DNA from: Nemertoderma westbladi
Lineage: Eukaryota; Animalia; Xenacoelomorpha
Reading direction: 5' to 3'
NCBI GenBank assembly: GCA_032718475.1
Contig: JAUCBJ010008244.1
Span: forward strand, 1 to 64,000
Length of the DNA: 64,000 bases
Part shown: positions 12,578 to 26,450 of the stretch, piece after piece
Position numbering within the stretch: position 1 is the first letter of the stretch
How the letters are laid out: every line of letters starts with the position of its first letter
Notes under the pieces: generated by a model
Database searches by the model: none
What the model was told of the DNA's origin: nothing
Seen by the model: only the letters and a program-made list of their open reading frames with translations
Position numbers and translations under genes: made by a program

Positions 12578-15500
12578 ATGAGTGACAAACAAGACTATAC
12601 GAAGAATACACAAACCGACTATGACTCATGCGACGGAGATAAGTCAGCAGCGGAAGAACAACAGGGGAAGACTCGCGAGCCTACCGAACCTACACCGTGT
12701 GCGTCACCAGTACATCCAACGGGAGTACCGGATGCCGTAGTACGAGGCGACGGCAGGACCGAGGACTTTCTAACTGTTCCGCAACCTAGATACAGGGAAA
12801 CGGACATGGTAAGTTCAGTAGGAAGCCAGGAGAGCGTAGTTAGAAGCGTCGGCGGTTACATGGCGCATATTACCAGGAGTATTGGAGAAGGCCAATGCAT
12901 ATTAGACAAGTTAACTGCTCCGATGTCTCGGTTCGAGTTCTACACTCTACAGGTGAGAGTACAGAGTAAAGTATATAAGTCCGTAGATAACCTAATTGGT
13001 CTACAAGATCTAGCTAGACAGAGACAGGATATGGACACTCAGCTTAGAATCCTCGAGGAACTAATGATCGCTAGAGAGAAACTGATTCAGTTTAAGTCGA
13101 CGATTAGACAGATACAACAGGAACAAGCGGACCAGTTGTTAGGTGAGTCAGTTTCGGACGAATTATTGCAACCCGAGGAAGAACAGGAACTGTACCGACT
13201 GGATGGACAATTGAAACACCTAACGGATCACTTACGCATGTGCGGCGAGGACGTCGGAGATTGGGAAACCGTGCCGGAGGCTACGAGGGAAACTTCGCTC
13301 GCACAAATCGAAACGGCACCGGGAACACTAGATCAATCACTGGTGAGTATTCGCAGCGAAATTGGCGAGGTGAGTATGGCTACGTCAGAAATTGCTCGAC
13401 AACAGCAGATCTACAGACAACAACAGGAGTGGGAGGAACAAACTCAATTACTAATGGCACAAGTAGCAGCAGAAGAAGAGAAACTACGCGTTGCGAATGT
13501 TGCGAGAATCTCTCACCTGCAAGAACAAGCTGAGTTGGAAGTAGCCGAAATGGAAAGGTTAGAGTTGGACATTGCACAACAAGCGGCAGCGGCCGAGTTA
13601 GCGCAACGAACGGCAGCGGCCGAGTTAGAGCGACAAGCGGCAGCGGCCGAGTTAGAGCGACAAGCGGCAGCGGCAGCGGCAGCGGCAGCGTCCGAGTTAG
13701 AGCGACAAAGATTAGCTTCAGAAGCGAGAACCGAAATGAAAAAACGGCAAATAAAGGCTCAATCAGCGATACGACAAGCGGAGTTCGAGGCGCAACAACA
13801 ACAAACGGAACAACGTGAGAAAGAAGTTAAACTTCGTTTCGAACTCGAGAAGAAGGCGAGAGAATTAGCCAACGCCAAGGAAGACCTGGATCTACAAGCC
13901 CGCGATCGATCAATGAGATCTCGAGACGGACATGACTTGGACCAGATAGAGGTAAGACATCGCCAAATTCAGGAACGGAAGAAGGAAGGAAGCGTAGGAG
14001 CACCCGGACGGGAACGACAATTAGTAAAGGACTTGTGTCAACGATTCCCACAGGTAACTCATATGTTTGCACCAGTTACGACTAAGGAACCTGTTTCGAT
14101 TGCGGGTAGTAGTAACATTTCTCCTATCCATGGTGCGGCGGAACACAGGTTTGTTATTCCGGACAAGTTTACACCGCCAAGAGCAACGTCGTCGCCTATT
14201 CCGAAAGTCAAGGTAAGTAACCCACCGACTACCGATCGTAGTAGTTTATTGACCGGACCTGCACTACTAACGACAAAACAGCAGAGTCCACCTTTGACAC
14301 CTAAACCCGTTACGCACTACGAATACCCAATTACGTTTCGGCCTACAAGGCCAGTTGATTCAAAAGCGGTTATTCGACCACCGGTCCAGTTTACATCGCA
14401 ATCTACGACTTCGAGGAAGACTTGTGAGCCTACCGAACAACGGAGACCAGTGGATACGCGACCGTTCAACCAGTTTACATCGCAATCTACGACTTCGAGG
14501 AGGACTTGTGAGCCTACCGAACAACGGAGATCAGTGGACGATGTTCCGAAACGAAACGTGAGAATTCGTACGACGCAACGGACACGAGCACGTCGACCAC
14601 CATATCCAGATGATAGTAGTACTTCGAGCGAATCGGATTACCCGAAACGCGAGGTATTTAGAACAGGGGCGGCCGATGAATATAAACGCGAGCGTTCAGA
14701 TAACTCCTTTGTAGACAATCCTCCACAGAATACACCAACACAGAAGGCGTTACAACCAACGGACGCAATCAGTACACAACAGTTCGCCGACATCCTGCGA
14801 CCAGTTGTTAACAAGTTGGCTCAGATCGAGGAGCGTCTGGAGGAAGTTCAAACCGATAGTTCGAGGAACACTGAATTCGAACACGATAGACACCCGAAGG
14901 AACCACAAAGACCGGTACCTTCAAAACACACATCGTATCAGGGAAAAGCGCCAAGAAGGGATATCAACCAGATTACCAACCAAGGACGCGAAACTCTGAA
15001 CGTTGCCGAGGAAATAGCGAAATTCGCAGCTAGACAAGGATTGCCGGTACAACAACCACCGAAGTTTTCCGGTAGCTCAAAACACTGGCACACATTCGTA
15101 GACTATATCGAATCTCAGATCGCCGTGTGCGCCTTTACATCACGGGAGAAGTTTAATTACCTGCTTCAAACGTTGTCAGGAGAACCTAAACGTTTGGCGG
15201 AGACCTTTGTTGGTGTACCGGACGCTTTCGAACTAGCGTACGATCGTTTAACTTCGATATACGGAGGTACAGTCAGCATGGCCAGGTCAGTGATAGAGGA
15301 ACTCTGTAAGGGAGGGGCTATCACTAAACCCGTCGACTTATTAAAACTGGCTGACGAGATAAAGAATGCTATCACTACTTTGAGATCCATTGGACAACTT
15401 GACTACGGGAATACCCCTACAGTCCTATTAAAGATCATAGGACGACTCCACCATCGACTTCGTCGGGAGTGGAGGAAGATCGAATACCAGCGGGAAGAGC

Positions 15501-18500
15501 GGGGTGGATTCTTAAAACTGGAGGATGTGTACCTTTTGATATCCAGGGAGGCAGTGGTAGAAACTCGATCCAACTACACTGACCAGCACATCGTGGCAGA
15601 AGGAATCACCTTGCCATCCTCAAACCGACAAAAACCCCAGACAACATCCACTAAGACGGCCACTTACGCCACACCGACGGAATCACGACAATTCTCGGAC
15701 GGTAGTAGGGTATCTGCGCCCATTGGGACAAAACAGACGAGACAGCAACTCAGTACCGACTTCAGCGGCTGCCAATACTGCGAGCATTTGGGCAAGCGGT
15801 ATATCGGTCACAAGTTGAGAGGTTGTCGACAGTTTCGCGAGTTAAACTCGGAAGAACGACGGCTGCAGATACGGCCATTGGACTCTTGTTGGCGGTGTAC
15901 GCGACACGGACACGTCCGTAAAGATTGCCCAAATACCGACACTTGTCCATCCTGTGGACGCAACCACGACGGTCTGCTCCACACAGACAGCCACACACCG
16001 ACAAAACGCTTCGCCAGGGAACACCCGGAAGCAGCAGCGAGATGTGATGCGGCCTACAGAAATCGAGAATCGAAAACGACTCCAACCTTTGTGACACATA
16101 TAAAGGATTGCTTCTCAGAACAATCCGGATCGTCGGACGAAGAGTCAGAAGACGACGACGTATATTCTGATGGAGACGAACAACCATCGATCGCGCTTCT
16201 GACGACTGACCAACTAAAGGGATTCAGCGTAATTCCGATCAAGATTACTGGCACAAAGGGGAGCAAGAGAATCTACACTATCCTGGATTCAGCCTCATCT
16301 CACAGCTACGTGGATGAGCAGATAGCTGACGTAGTGACGGATCTCAGACACGGTAAGCGCGTCAGTTACACCGTAAGTAGTATGCACGGACAACGTGCAA
16401 TACCAGTGACACGAGTTAAGTTGGACTTAGACTCTCTTCTTCCAAAATCGCAACACAGCGAGAGGGAGAGGTCTTTGTTACCCTTCAAGGATTTGACTTT
16501 TGCGGCCACCAAAGACTTTAGTAACCTACTAGGTCCGGTCCCAGAACAATCCTTGGAGGACCGTAAGTATTTCAGACACCTTGGTGTACCTGAATGTCCT
16601 GTCAATTATCGATCGGTAGCCATGCTGATCAGGACAGACCAATTCAACCTACATCAAGTGTGGGAAACCAGACCATCGGCAGTCGTGGCGGGAAACGCAT
16701 ACGCCTGCAGAACGCCGATAGGGTGGTATACTCGAGCGCCTGTGCGCACACTGGACATAAGTGACGAGGAAGACGATGTACAAAGTACATGTAGTCTATT
16801 AACTACAAATTCAATTCATTCCTTTTCACACGACATGGACCATACTACCTTACATACAAAACATGACAGACGTGTAACCAGTATGATAAGTCACAAGGAG
16901 CAGCTAATCCACCAGGTGAGTTTAGAACTTGGGGAGAAGACGAGTCAGCTAGAGATTCCATCGACGACAGATGATAACGCCGGAAGGCTTGCGAGTCTAC
17001 CTACCCCAACAACCTCAACAATGCCCATCGATATCGATGATGACGCGTTGAGAAATCATCAATTGGAACAAGCTGTATTGGACAAAGAATTAACGGAGAA
17101 GACTATCAGGTGGTTAGAACAAGATACAGCTGAACCTGGTAGCTACGAACCATGTATGTCGGAACAAGATAAACAATCTTTGAGGATCATGGAAGATACT
17201 ATCCGCCAGACGGAGGACGGACATTATGAGGTAGGGATGTTATGGCGTAGCCAAAATCCTAAACTTATAAATAACTACCCACTGGCTTTAAGACGTCTAC
17301 ACTCAATACGACAACGTCTATTAAAGGACGAGAAAGCCCATCTGCAGTACAACACTCAGATGGAGACGTATTTGACTAAGGGATACGCTATCCGAATGAC
17401 TAACCCAGAGATAGTGACTAACCAGACATACTACCTGCCACATCACTATGTGAGACACCCCGACAAACCAGACAAAGTACGTGTAGTCAATGACTGTGCG
17501 GCTCTGTTTGAGGGAATGTCCCTCAATAGCGAGTTGATGGATGGACCAAACATGAATAATTATCTTATGGGGGTGATTATGCGCTTCCGTCAGCGTCAAG
17601 TAGCCTTTACTTGTGACGTTGAAGCTATGTTTCACCAAGTGAGAGCGTTAGAGCGAGACAGAGACAGTTTGAGGTTCCTCTGGTACCCGGAAGGAGACTT
17701 AAGTCTACCACCGGCGACTTACCAAATGCAAGTTCGCGTTTTCGGTGCCAGGGACAGCCCAAACTGTACGATGTACGCCCTAAAGCAAGCCGCTAGAGAT
17801 CAGAAACACCTGTATGACCCAGAGATAATTAGGATTGTGGAACGTGACTTTTACGTCGACGACGGTTTACAGAGTTGCGACACAGTAGAATGTGCTACAA
17901 CAGTAGCACATCAATTACGGGACTGCTTAGCGGGCGGAGGTTTTAACCTCACCAAATTCGCCTCAAACAGTGCCGAATTAGTAGACTCATTCGGAACGAC
18001 TGAGCGTGGAGGTGGTGACATAGACCTAGAGTTCGAACCACTACCGACGACCAAGGTGTTGGGGCTCTTTTGGGACCCAAACACGGATAACTTTCGAGTG
18101 AAGGTGAGACTGGACAGTCAAGAAAACACACTGACAAAGAGATCATGCTTGTCAAAGTTGAGCCGATTGTTCGATCCATTAGGATTCATCAGTCCAATAA
18201 TACTGCAAGCCCGCATTTATATGCGCAGTATTTGGAAGGATGGACTGACATGGGACGAGCCGATCTCATCAGACCAAGTGGACTTATGGAAGACCTGGGA
18301 GGCAGAATTATCTTCGCTAGAGGATTATTCCATACCCAGAGTCTACTTTCCATTACAAACAACATTTCCTGACAACTTGGAATTACATTGTTTTTCCGAC
18401 GCCAGTGACAACGGTTTTGGTGTGGCAGCGTACTTGCGCAGACAAGTAGACTCAGAAGAATTCGATGTTTCGCTCATTACTTCTAAGGCAAAAACAATGC

Positions 18501-21085
18501 CTACTAAGTACATGACGACACCACGAGCTGAGCTACAAGCCGCAACACTATCAACCACAATTGTGAACCTTATACAGACGGAACTACAGTCAAGTTTACA
18601 GATATTTTATTGGACTGACGCGACGTTGGTTTTATTTTACATAAACAACGACACACTTGAATTCAAGACATTCGTAGCTAACCGTCGCGCAGAAATTCTA
18701 GACCGTTCAATAAAGGAAGATTGGCGACATTGTCCCGGACCACAAAACCCAGCCGATATTGCGTCGCGAGGAATGATGCCTGAGGAATTCTGTAAACCGG
18801 AGAACAAAGAATTTTGGCAACACGGTCCCCAATTCTTGCAGAAATCGACACAAGATTGGCCACCGTTATACGACAACAAGTCTAACACTATCCCTAAGGA
18901 CGCGGAAATCAAGAAACCAAAAAAGGGGAAGGCAAAGAAAAAGACGACGGCGGCAAAACTCAAGAAAAAACCGAAGGCGAAATGGAAAGATATAACTTCA
19001 AAGGTCAAGAGAGGAAGACTTGCGAGCCTTTCTACACCAGACATATCGCCAGACGGTCAACCAGACACGTTACTAGACGGTCAACCAGACATTTTGCCAG
19101 ACATGTCACAAAATGTTCTACCAGACACTAGTAACATACTGACAAATAGTAAAGCCGCAGTTTCCCTATTGGAGCGGCCTTGTATTGACAAACTACCAAT
19201 TTTGACACACTTGAGCAACCATAAGCACGGTGAAACCTCATGTATTACAGATGTGGGTAGTACCTACGCTAATGTAAATACAGGTGTTACTCTGCGCTCA
19301 AGAGACATACCAAACTTGCAACCTATGGTGAGACCTGGGATTAATGTCGGCAGAAAAATAAGTTTACCGAAACCTGCTGACCCCATAGAGTTCAAACCAC
19401 CATTAACGATCGACTTACAAAGTACCGACAATCAAGGTAAGAAGACGAAGAAGGACAAATTACTTGTAGACCCGGACGGATCAACAGTCAACAAGGGAAT
19501 ACTTACCGGCGGACCCGTGGGCCCTTCTAGTAATTCAAAACCTTCCAAATTCTTTGACTTACCTGATGACGTCACAAATACTTACGTCGACCGTATTGTA
19601 AACCTAACAGACTCTTGGTCAAACGCTTGCCGAAAATTAGCGTGGATTGTAAGTTTTGTACAATACGTTAAAGGCAAACGAGACTTTACACGTCGACTTA
19701 CATTGGCTGAGATTGACAGGTGTGAAATTAAATTAATTAGCCATTACCAACTGCGATATTTCGCGATATATCTATAAATCAAGGTCAACCAATCAAGTCG
19801 TCACCAATACTGAGTTGGAGTCCGATTATTTATAATGGCTTAATTTGTCATAAATCTCGGCTTCAAAACATTGACTTTAACACAAATTTTAGATACCCAA
19901 TAATAATACCGCAACACCACGAACTACAACGTGCAATGATACTGGACGCACATTTACATCTGAAACACGCTGGAAGACACCACTGTCTTTCCTACTTACG
20001 TACAAGATTTGTATTAATTAGACCCAGTAAAGCGTTAAGTTCAGTGACACGTACGTGTATTATTTGTAAAAAGGTACATTCTAGAATAGGTACCCAAGAA
20101 ATGAGTGAACTTCCACAAGCACGACTTCAAGCATTCAGACCACCTTTTACAGAGACTGGAATTGATTGCTTTGGTCCCATACATACGAAACGTGGACGTA
20201 TACTAGTAAAACGCTGGGGACTGATTTTCACATGTATGTCCAGTAGGGCAGTTCATATTGAACGTGTGATGGATCTTTCCACCAAAGCGTTTATACTAGC
20301 ATTGCGGCGATTTATCGCTAGACGCGGACTAGTGAAATGCTTGTACTCAGACCAAGGGACAAACTTTGTTGGTGCTCGAAATGAGATTGCTAGAGCCTTT
20401 AAGAAATTAGATCATGATCAAATCTCGAACGAACTACAACCTCACAAGATTGTTTGGAAGTTTAATCCTCCAGATAGTCCTTGGAGAGGCGGAGTCTGGG
20501 AGAGATTGATTAGATCTATAAAGACGGCAATGGCAAAAGTCATTCCAGTAAACCACATATTGACAGACGACCAACTGACAACACTGTTTGTTGAAATCGA
20601 GGCAATACTAAATACTAGACCAATAGTATTAGTACCCGATGACAAACAATCTCAGTTTGCTTTGACACCGGCACACCTGCTTATGCAGGCACCGACCACA
20701 TTGACGCCTATTTCTATTCCAATAGAAAGCGATAGCTACGGTAGAAAAGCGTGGAAAATCACGCAACTACTGGCTAACAAATTCTGGGAAATATGGCAAA
20801 ACCATTTTGCCCTCTATTTCTGCCAGAACAACTTGGTACAATAACACCCGCGCATTAAAGCCGGGAGATCACGTGCTGTTAGCGGAAGTGAATCTAAAAA
20901 GACGCTTCTGGATAACAGGTGTAATTTTAGCCACACATCCATCTATGGATGGAGTGACAAGAACTGTGACGGTACGGACAATTGACGGTCGTACAGTAGA
21001 CAGACCAACTCAACGTCTCGTACTTCTTGAAGAGACTCGTAACGAGTCTGGAGACTACAAATCTCCACCTAATACTAGTAAATAA
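12578..21085 (+). pseudogene. gag-pol: BEL/Pao gag-pol polyprotein with two frameshifts (~19770, ~20810)
   Basis: 2399-aa ORF: Pao-type gag (PKFSGSSKHW), CQYC/CWRC/CPSC knuckles, ILDSAS protease, YLPHH, FYVDD RT, FSDAS RNase H, NPADIASRG; integrase in 19936-20844 (GIDCFGP, SDQGTNF, WERLI) and C-terminus in 20807-21085. Confidence 0.95.
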
Positions 21086-21744
21086 TTAGGAGTTTACAAA
21101 TAGATTTCACGGACCTGTACACCGTAGTAAAGACAGCGGTAGAATTCCATTGTCTTTATATGTGAACATTGAGGGTAGTACCCTTATGTGTCACATAGGA
21201 GCGGGATTTGTAGGTATAAGAAATGGAATTCTACTTGGAACTCACAATATTGAGACATTTTCGAAATTTTAGACAATCCATTTGGATTTGAAAAATTTTT
21301 AAAATTTTCTCCAGTAAATAGATTTCAGGGTACAGTCGGGTGGAACTTAAAATTAGAGAAACAAGAGAGGAAGACTTGCGAGCCTTTCTTAAAATTTTAA
21401 TTAAATTTTACACGGTCTTGTTTCAATAAGTTACGTCAAAATAGACTCCCCTATATTTATTACTAATTCTTGACTGCTTATTTTCTGATAATAGTTTGGG
21501 ATCAAAAGGTGAGTATTTTAGACTCACAGCCAGTTTAGCCCAAATTCGTTTTTATTTCGGCAAAAAATTTTAGATAAGAAGCAGCGTGTCATTAAAGAAA
21601 CCCTAGATCTTAGGCTATGGGTAGGAGGTTAGAGCGTTGTCGAGCCAAAAGGGCAGACGAAAACTCTCACGTCTCCTCACAACTAACTACAACCTCTGTT
21701 GTATTCCCTCTAGTAGTAATGATTATGTAACTACACCTCTAATT

Positions 21745-23343
21745 ATGGAGAAAGGGATACAAGGAGAGCCGAGATGGGGATATGATATCCAAGAGGAGGC
21801 AGCAGCGCCATTCGAAAGATTTGGAGCTAAAGATTACACTATATTTGGAAAAAAGGAATTATCAGAAAGTACAGCGAAACTCGCGAGAACTAAATATGAC
21901 ACGACGGTATCGTGGAGGTTACGAACGAATCACGGCAGACGCGTGCGCCTATCGGTCACCTTGGTGATGATTTCGAAGTAACTACTACGATCACTGACGA
22001 TCCTTTAGAGGAACTTCTTGAGATAGAAAGGAACCTCCAGAAGAAATCTCAGACGGAGATTCGACAACTTGAAGCAACAGATGCTATAGTTTGTATACAA
22101 CCTTCAGAAACCTACCAACCCATAGACCCAGATGATTACGATTATAGTGTGGGAGGAAGCGCTCGACCGATTGGAGATCTTATATACGAACGAGTGTGGT
22201 ACCCTGCCAATACGATGTGGTAAATGTGGCGTCGCTGGACATCATATGACAAAGTGCAGTGGAAAGCACATTACTACGACTCAGCTAATCTGTGGATGGT
22301 GTGGGGATCAAGGGTCTCATACCTTTTATACTTGCTGGAGATTTATGGCTCAATGTACTTATTGCAATATAAAGGGACATCGAGCATCTGAATGCCAACT
22401 AAGAGACATACCCTATGAACACGAATCTGTAAAACTCGTGAGGAAATTATTCGATGAGTGGGAAGATTTAGCCGACGAACATGTATCGGCACAAAGAAGA
22501 CGGTTTCCGATGAGAGCGCATCTTGGATTTTGGGCGGTAAATCCTCAAACGATGATGTCGGAAGGATATATCTCCGCTATGCCCCAATATGACGAACTTA
22601 TCGAGGTAGTCGATATTTTGCCCCACGACAGCGGATTCCGAGTAGTGCGCGAGTATCTACTACAGATTCACCCGGATAACAAAAACACGTGGAATTTTCA
22701 GAAAGTCGTTAATCGCATCACGTATGGTGAATTCGATCGTTTCCGAACTGAAAAGCGGAACAAAGGAGCTTGGTTAACCGTCGCATGGGCATACCGAGCC
22801 GCGTTTTACCATAAACGTATACGAGCGAGTGTATTCGAGGAAGAGGAGGTCCTAGAGGCGACAAATCCAGCCACTCCGGTTGCGCCGTCTGCACGTCACC
22901 CTCGGGAGGACGGACAGGGTAGGATCATACGGGTCCAGAAAGTGGGCCAACAATTAAAGAAAATTATTAATATAGAAGAACGCAAGGGAGTTGAGCCGAC
23001 CATTCGAATTACTCGGGATACGGTATCGCTTCCTAGAGAACCAACAGGAGGATCGGGACACACACCAGCTGATCAAAAGGGGGCGCAAGCTGCTCTTGGG
23101 TCTGCGTCGTCCGCTTCTCGCGCGTTCCCAGACGTTCTACCAACTGTAGTGACAACTGATCGGTCACGAGGAATCGGTCGAGGTTTTGGGATGCCAAATA
23201 GACGAATTTGCGAGGAAATGGTCGCACCGTCTCTCAACGTCCAAACGAAACCAGTGACTCGCCCCACAAGTCCCATATCGCGAGCAAAGTCACCTGTGCG
23301 CAGTTTTCGAGGACGCGGCAGGGCTCGATCCACTAAGCGATAA
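21745..23343 (+). CDS. Accessory 3' gene of element 1: triple CCHC zinc-knuckle protein with a basic C-terminus, spread over three overlapping frames
   Basis: CGKCGVAGHHMTKC, CGWCGDQGSHTFYTC, CTYCNIKGHRASEC; ends RSFRGRGRARSTKR; homologous to 28189-29638. Confidence 0.8.
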
Positions 23344-23455
23344 AAGGGAGGGCAAGGGTGGACGGAAGACTCGTGAGCCTTTCTTGTGAATTTGTGATTT
23401 ATTTGAATTATATGTTTTATATTTAATTAGTAAGTTTTGTATTCTGGAAAAAACT

Positions 23456-23728
23456 CATATTTAGTAAGACTTATATTTAGTAAGAATTTATATTTAGTAA
23501 GAATTTATATTTAGTAAGACTTATATTTAGTAAGAATTTATATTTAGTAAGAATTTATATTTAGTAAGAATTTATATTTAGTAAGATTTATATTTAGTAA
23601 GAATTTATATTTAGTAAGAATTTATATTTAGTAAGAATTTATATTTAGTAAGATTTATATTTAGTAAGAATTTATATTTAGTAAGAATTTATATTTAGTA
23701 AGAATTTATATTTAGTAAGATTTATATT
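23456..23728. repeat. 16-17-bp tandem repeat in the 3' UTR of element 1
   Basis: TTATATTTAGTAAGA(A)T, about 16 copies. Confidence 0.9.
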
Positions 23729-24352
23729 TTATATTTGTGATTATTCCGAACTTATGCAATTTATATTGTTCCGAATATTATGCAATTTATATCTTATAAG
23801 CAGTATTTGTATTTACAGTGAAATAGAAAGTAAGAGTAGATGGAAGACTCGTGGGCCTTTCTTATAGTTTCATTTGTAAAGTGTTATATTTTGTATTTAG
23901 AAAGTTTTATAGTTAGAAAGTTTGTGCTTAGAAAGACTCATATTTGTAATTATTCCGAACTTATGCAATCTACATTTAGGCACGAAAGTATTTGTAATTA
24001 TTTGAATTTATGCAATATTTGAGATGCAATAGTAGACGGAAGACTCGCGAGCCTTTCTTATGATTTTCATTTATTTGTATTTGTAATTATTTGAATTTAT
24101 GCAATATTGAGATGCAATAGATTTATATTGGTGAATTTAATTTCGATTTATATTGTACTTACTCAGTAAAGCCTTAACTACGTAAAGTTTGAATTTGTAA
24201 TTATTTTGTATCGAATCATTATGTAGAAAGGAAGTATTGTTTGAAATTTAATTGTAAATATGTAAGTACGCCCTAAGTATTCTATAGTTTGATTGATTAT
24301 TGGTGAAAACCGTATATTTTATGCACGATAATATCCTGTTTTCATGGAGCGG

Positions 24353-26255
24353 TATAGAATTATATTCCCTAAATGCCGTGGATTTTCAAAATTTTTATTT
24401 TATTCGAATTAACTTTGTAAAAGATTACTTTGAGTCCTCATTTGTATTTGATTTATCATTTGTACGACCTTTAGTCAAGTGGTTCAGTAGCTCAGTCGGT
24501 AGAGCGTTGGAAATTATATGTGTAGTAGGTATTGAGTTCGAATCCTAGTAAGCGCGAATTATTTTTTGTGCAGAATTTCAACTCATTTAAATTGACCGCT
24601 ACAAATTAAATTGCATTTGTCTGTACCTAGATTAACCAATGAGACTGTAGTTATTTGATTGTAACCAATGTCGTGCAAGTTATATATTAGCTGGACCAAT
24701 AGTTATCTTTAAAAACCTGTTAGAACCTATAGAACAATCGAGAATTTTCTCGATTGATTGCAGCACAAATTTGCTATATAAAGGTGCGATTTGTTCATTA
24801 GTTATCAATCTTAATCTATCTCTCTATATTCAATTATTCTGAGTTATCTGATATTTGTTTATTCTGTTATTAGTATTCAGATTACATTTTGTATAATTAT
24901 CTGCAATAAATTCAGAAATACCGCTATCTGCTTTTCTTTCACCATGATTCACTACGGTGAACAAACTTAAGATCAGGATGGCCGGCTAGAGATCGGGCCG
25001 CAGCAATGAACGGGAACATCGGGGGAATGTAGACAAGAGACAACCCGCAATACCATCTCAGTTATTCGCCCATCGCCTGAAAGGTTGGACAGCGTTCGAC
25101 GCCTTGCTACCTAAGTGTAAGACCAAAGATCAAAAGGTAGAAGTAGTGACACGCTGTGAGCCTAAAATTACATCTTAGGGACTGTACTGTCTTGATTCAG
25201 GAAAAAACCACAGTAGACCTTCACATTCCTACGGGGGGAGAGCAGGCAGATACTAGTACGCAGATAGGACGTAGGCACACCAGTACGAAGCATACACATT
25301 GGTAGGGTGCAGCAAACTGTACGCCTAACTCTTGCTAAGTACAGGTGCGTTTGCGACTATTTGTGGTACAACGGTGTCCATTGCATTAGAACTTGTAGGC
25401 TAGGAAGGTTGTTGTGTTTCACCTGAATTGGGATTGTACCGTTCAGGCGGTAGGGCAGTTTACAACTAGGCGCAAATAAATTGAGGCTATTAGGGATATA
25501 CTAACATCTACCGTGTCCCCGCCAACGTCCTAATAGGAAGTTACCCAGCCTACCTAGGTGACTAAAATTCTAGATAGGAAGCCAGGATAGCTATTAGTAA
25601 CTGTACGCCTACAGTAGTAAACTAACACATTTCTTCTTAGTATTAGGGGCCTGGTAAATTAAAATTGCCGAATTCTGGGCGTAGCATTAACCTTATGCCT
25701 GAATTTGAGTCCTGGAAATACGCAAGAGGGGAAGGAACCTTATCATTCGTGAGTATTGGACCTACAAGTTACAAAATTAGAATATTCGTAAAATGCACAC
25801 CGTACCCAGTAATTATATATGTGAAGGAGCAAAACTGTTTTGACCGTTCAGAATTAACACACGCGCGTTAGAAATTATTTACACCTCAAAATATATAAAA
25901 TTAACTTTTGTCCGTACTGTGCTTTGCCCGCTAGTTAGACATCTCCAAATCTCTGCCTCTGTACCTAGCTAGCGTCCCTTCGCCCAACCATATAAATCAC
26001 ACCGCGGCAAAGTATACGAGCCCCTTAGTCCGTCAGTGAGTCAGCCTGATTTTAGGATTCGCTGCGCAGGATTTTGTTTTATCGAAGTTTGTCTGCTCGT
26101 AGACTGTTTTCTGCCTCACCGGTTATAAGAGATCGATACTGCAATATATTCGCTTACTTAGAGTTTACTGTTTTGGTGAGAAGGTCGGATTTATGATTTG
26201 ATTCACAAACTTTACAGTAAGATATTGCAGGTATTGTTACTGTCTCTTCCATATA
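24353..26255 (+). repeat. 3' LTR of element 1
   Basis: Direct repeat of 9867-11769. Confidence 0.97.
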
Positions 26256-26450
26256 ACTACTTTTGCGTTCTTGTAGTGTGAATCCCAGATCTTCACCCTT
26301 TGTGGCCGTCCTGATTGCGTAATCCAGTACAATTACAAAAATAGTAATGGCGCCATTGTGTCACCTTTGCAGTACGCCAGCCAGGATTGAGAAGAACTCA
26401 GTTTCACCATCTGGTGAGAGTACCTGCGCTTCTGTGTCACAATATAACAC
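26256..26450 (-). mobile_element. RTE-clade LINE, middle RT fragment
   Basis: Translates VLYCDTEAQVLSPDGETEFFSILAGVLQ...FVIVLDYAIR...QERKSS, and continues into RYPATTVTDTDFADD at 9866. Confidence 0.9.

Larger units (their letters stand above)
9867..26255 (+). mobile_element. Full-length BEL/Pao LTR retrotransposon (element 1), 16.4 kb, TSD ACTAC
   Basis: Two 1903-bp LTRs; ACTAC at 9862-9866 and 26256-26260; gag-pol in Pao order (gag, triple Cys/His knuckle, protease, RT, RNase H, integrase); GGAGCGG purine tract before the 3' LTR. Confidence 0.97.

Noticed and set aside
22132-23343. env gene
   Set aside because: No evident signal peptide or transmembrane segment; zinc knuckles instead
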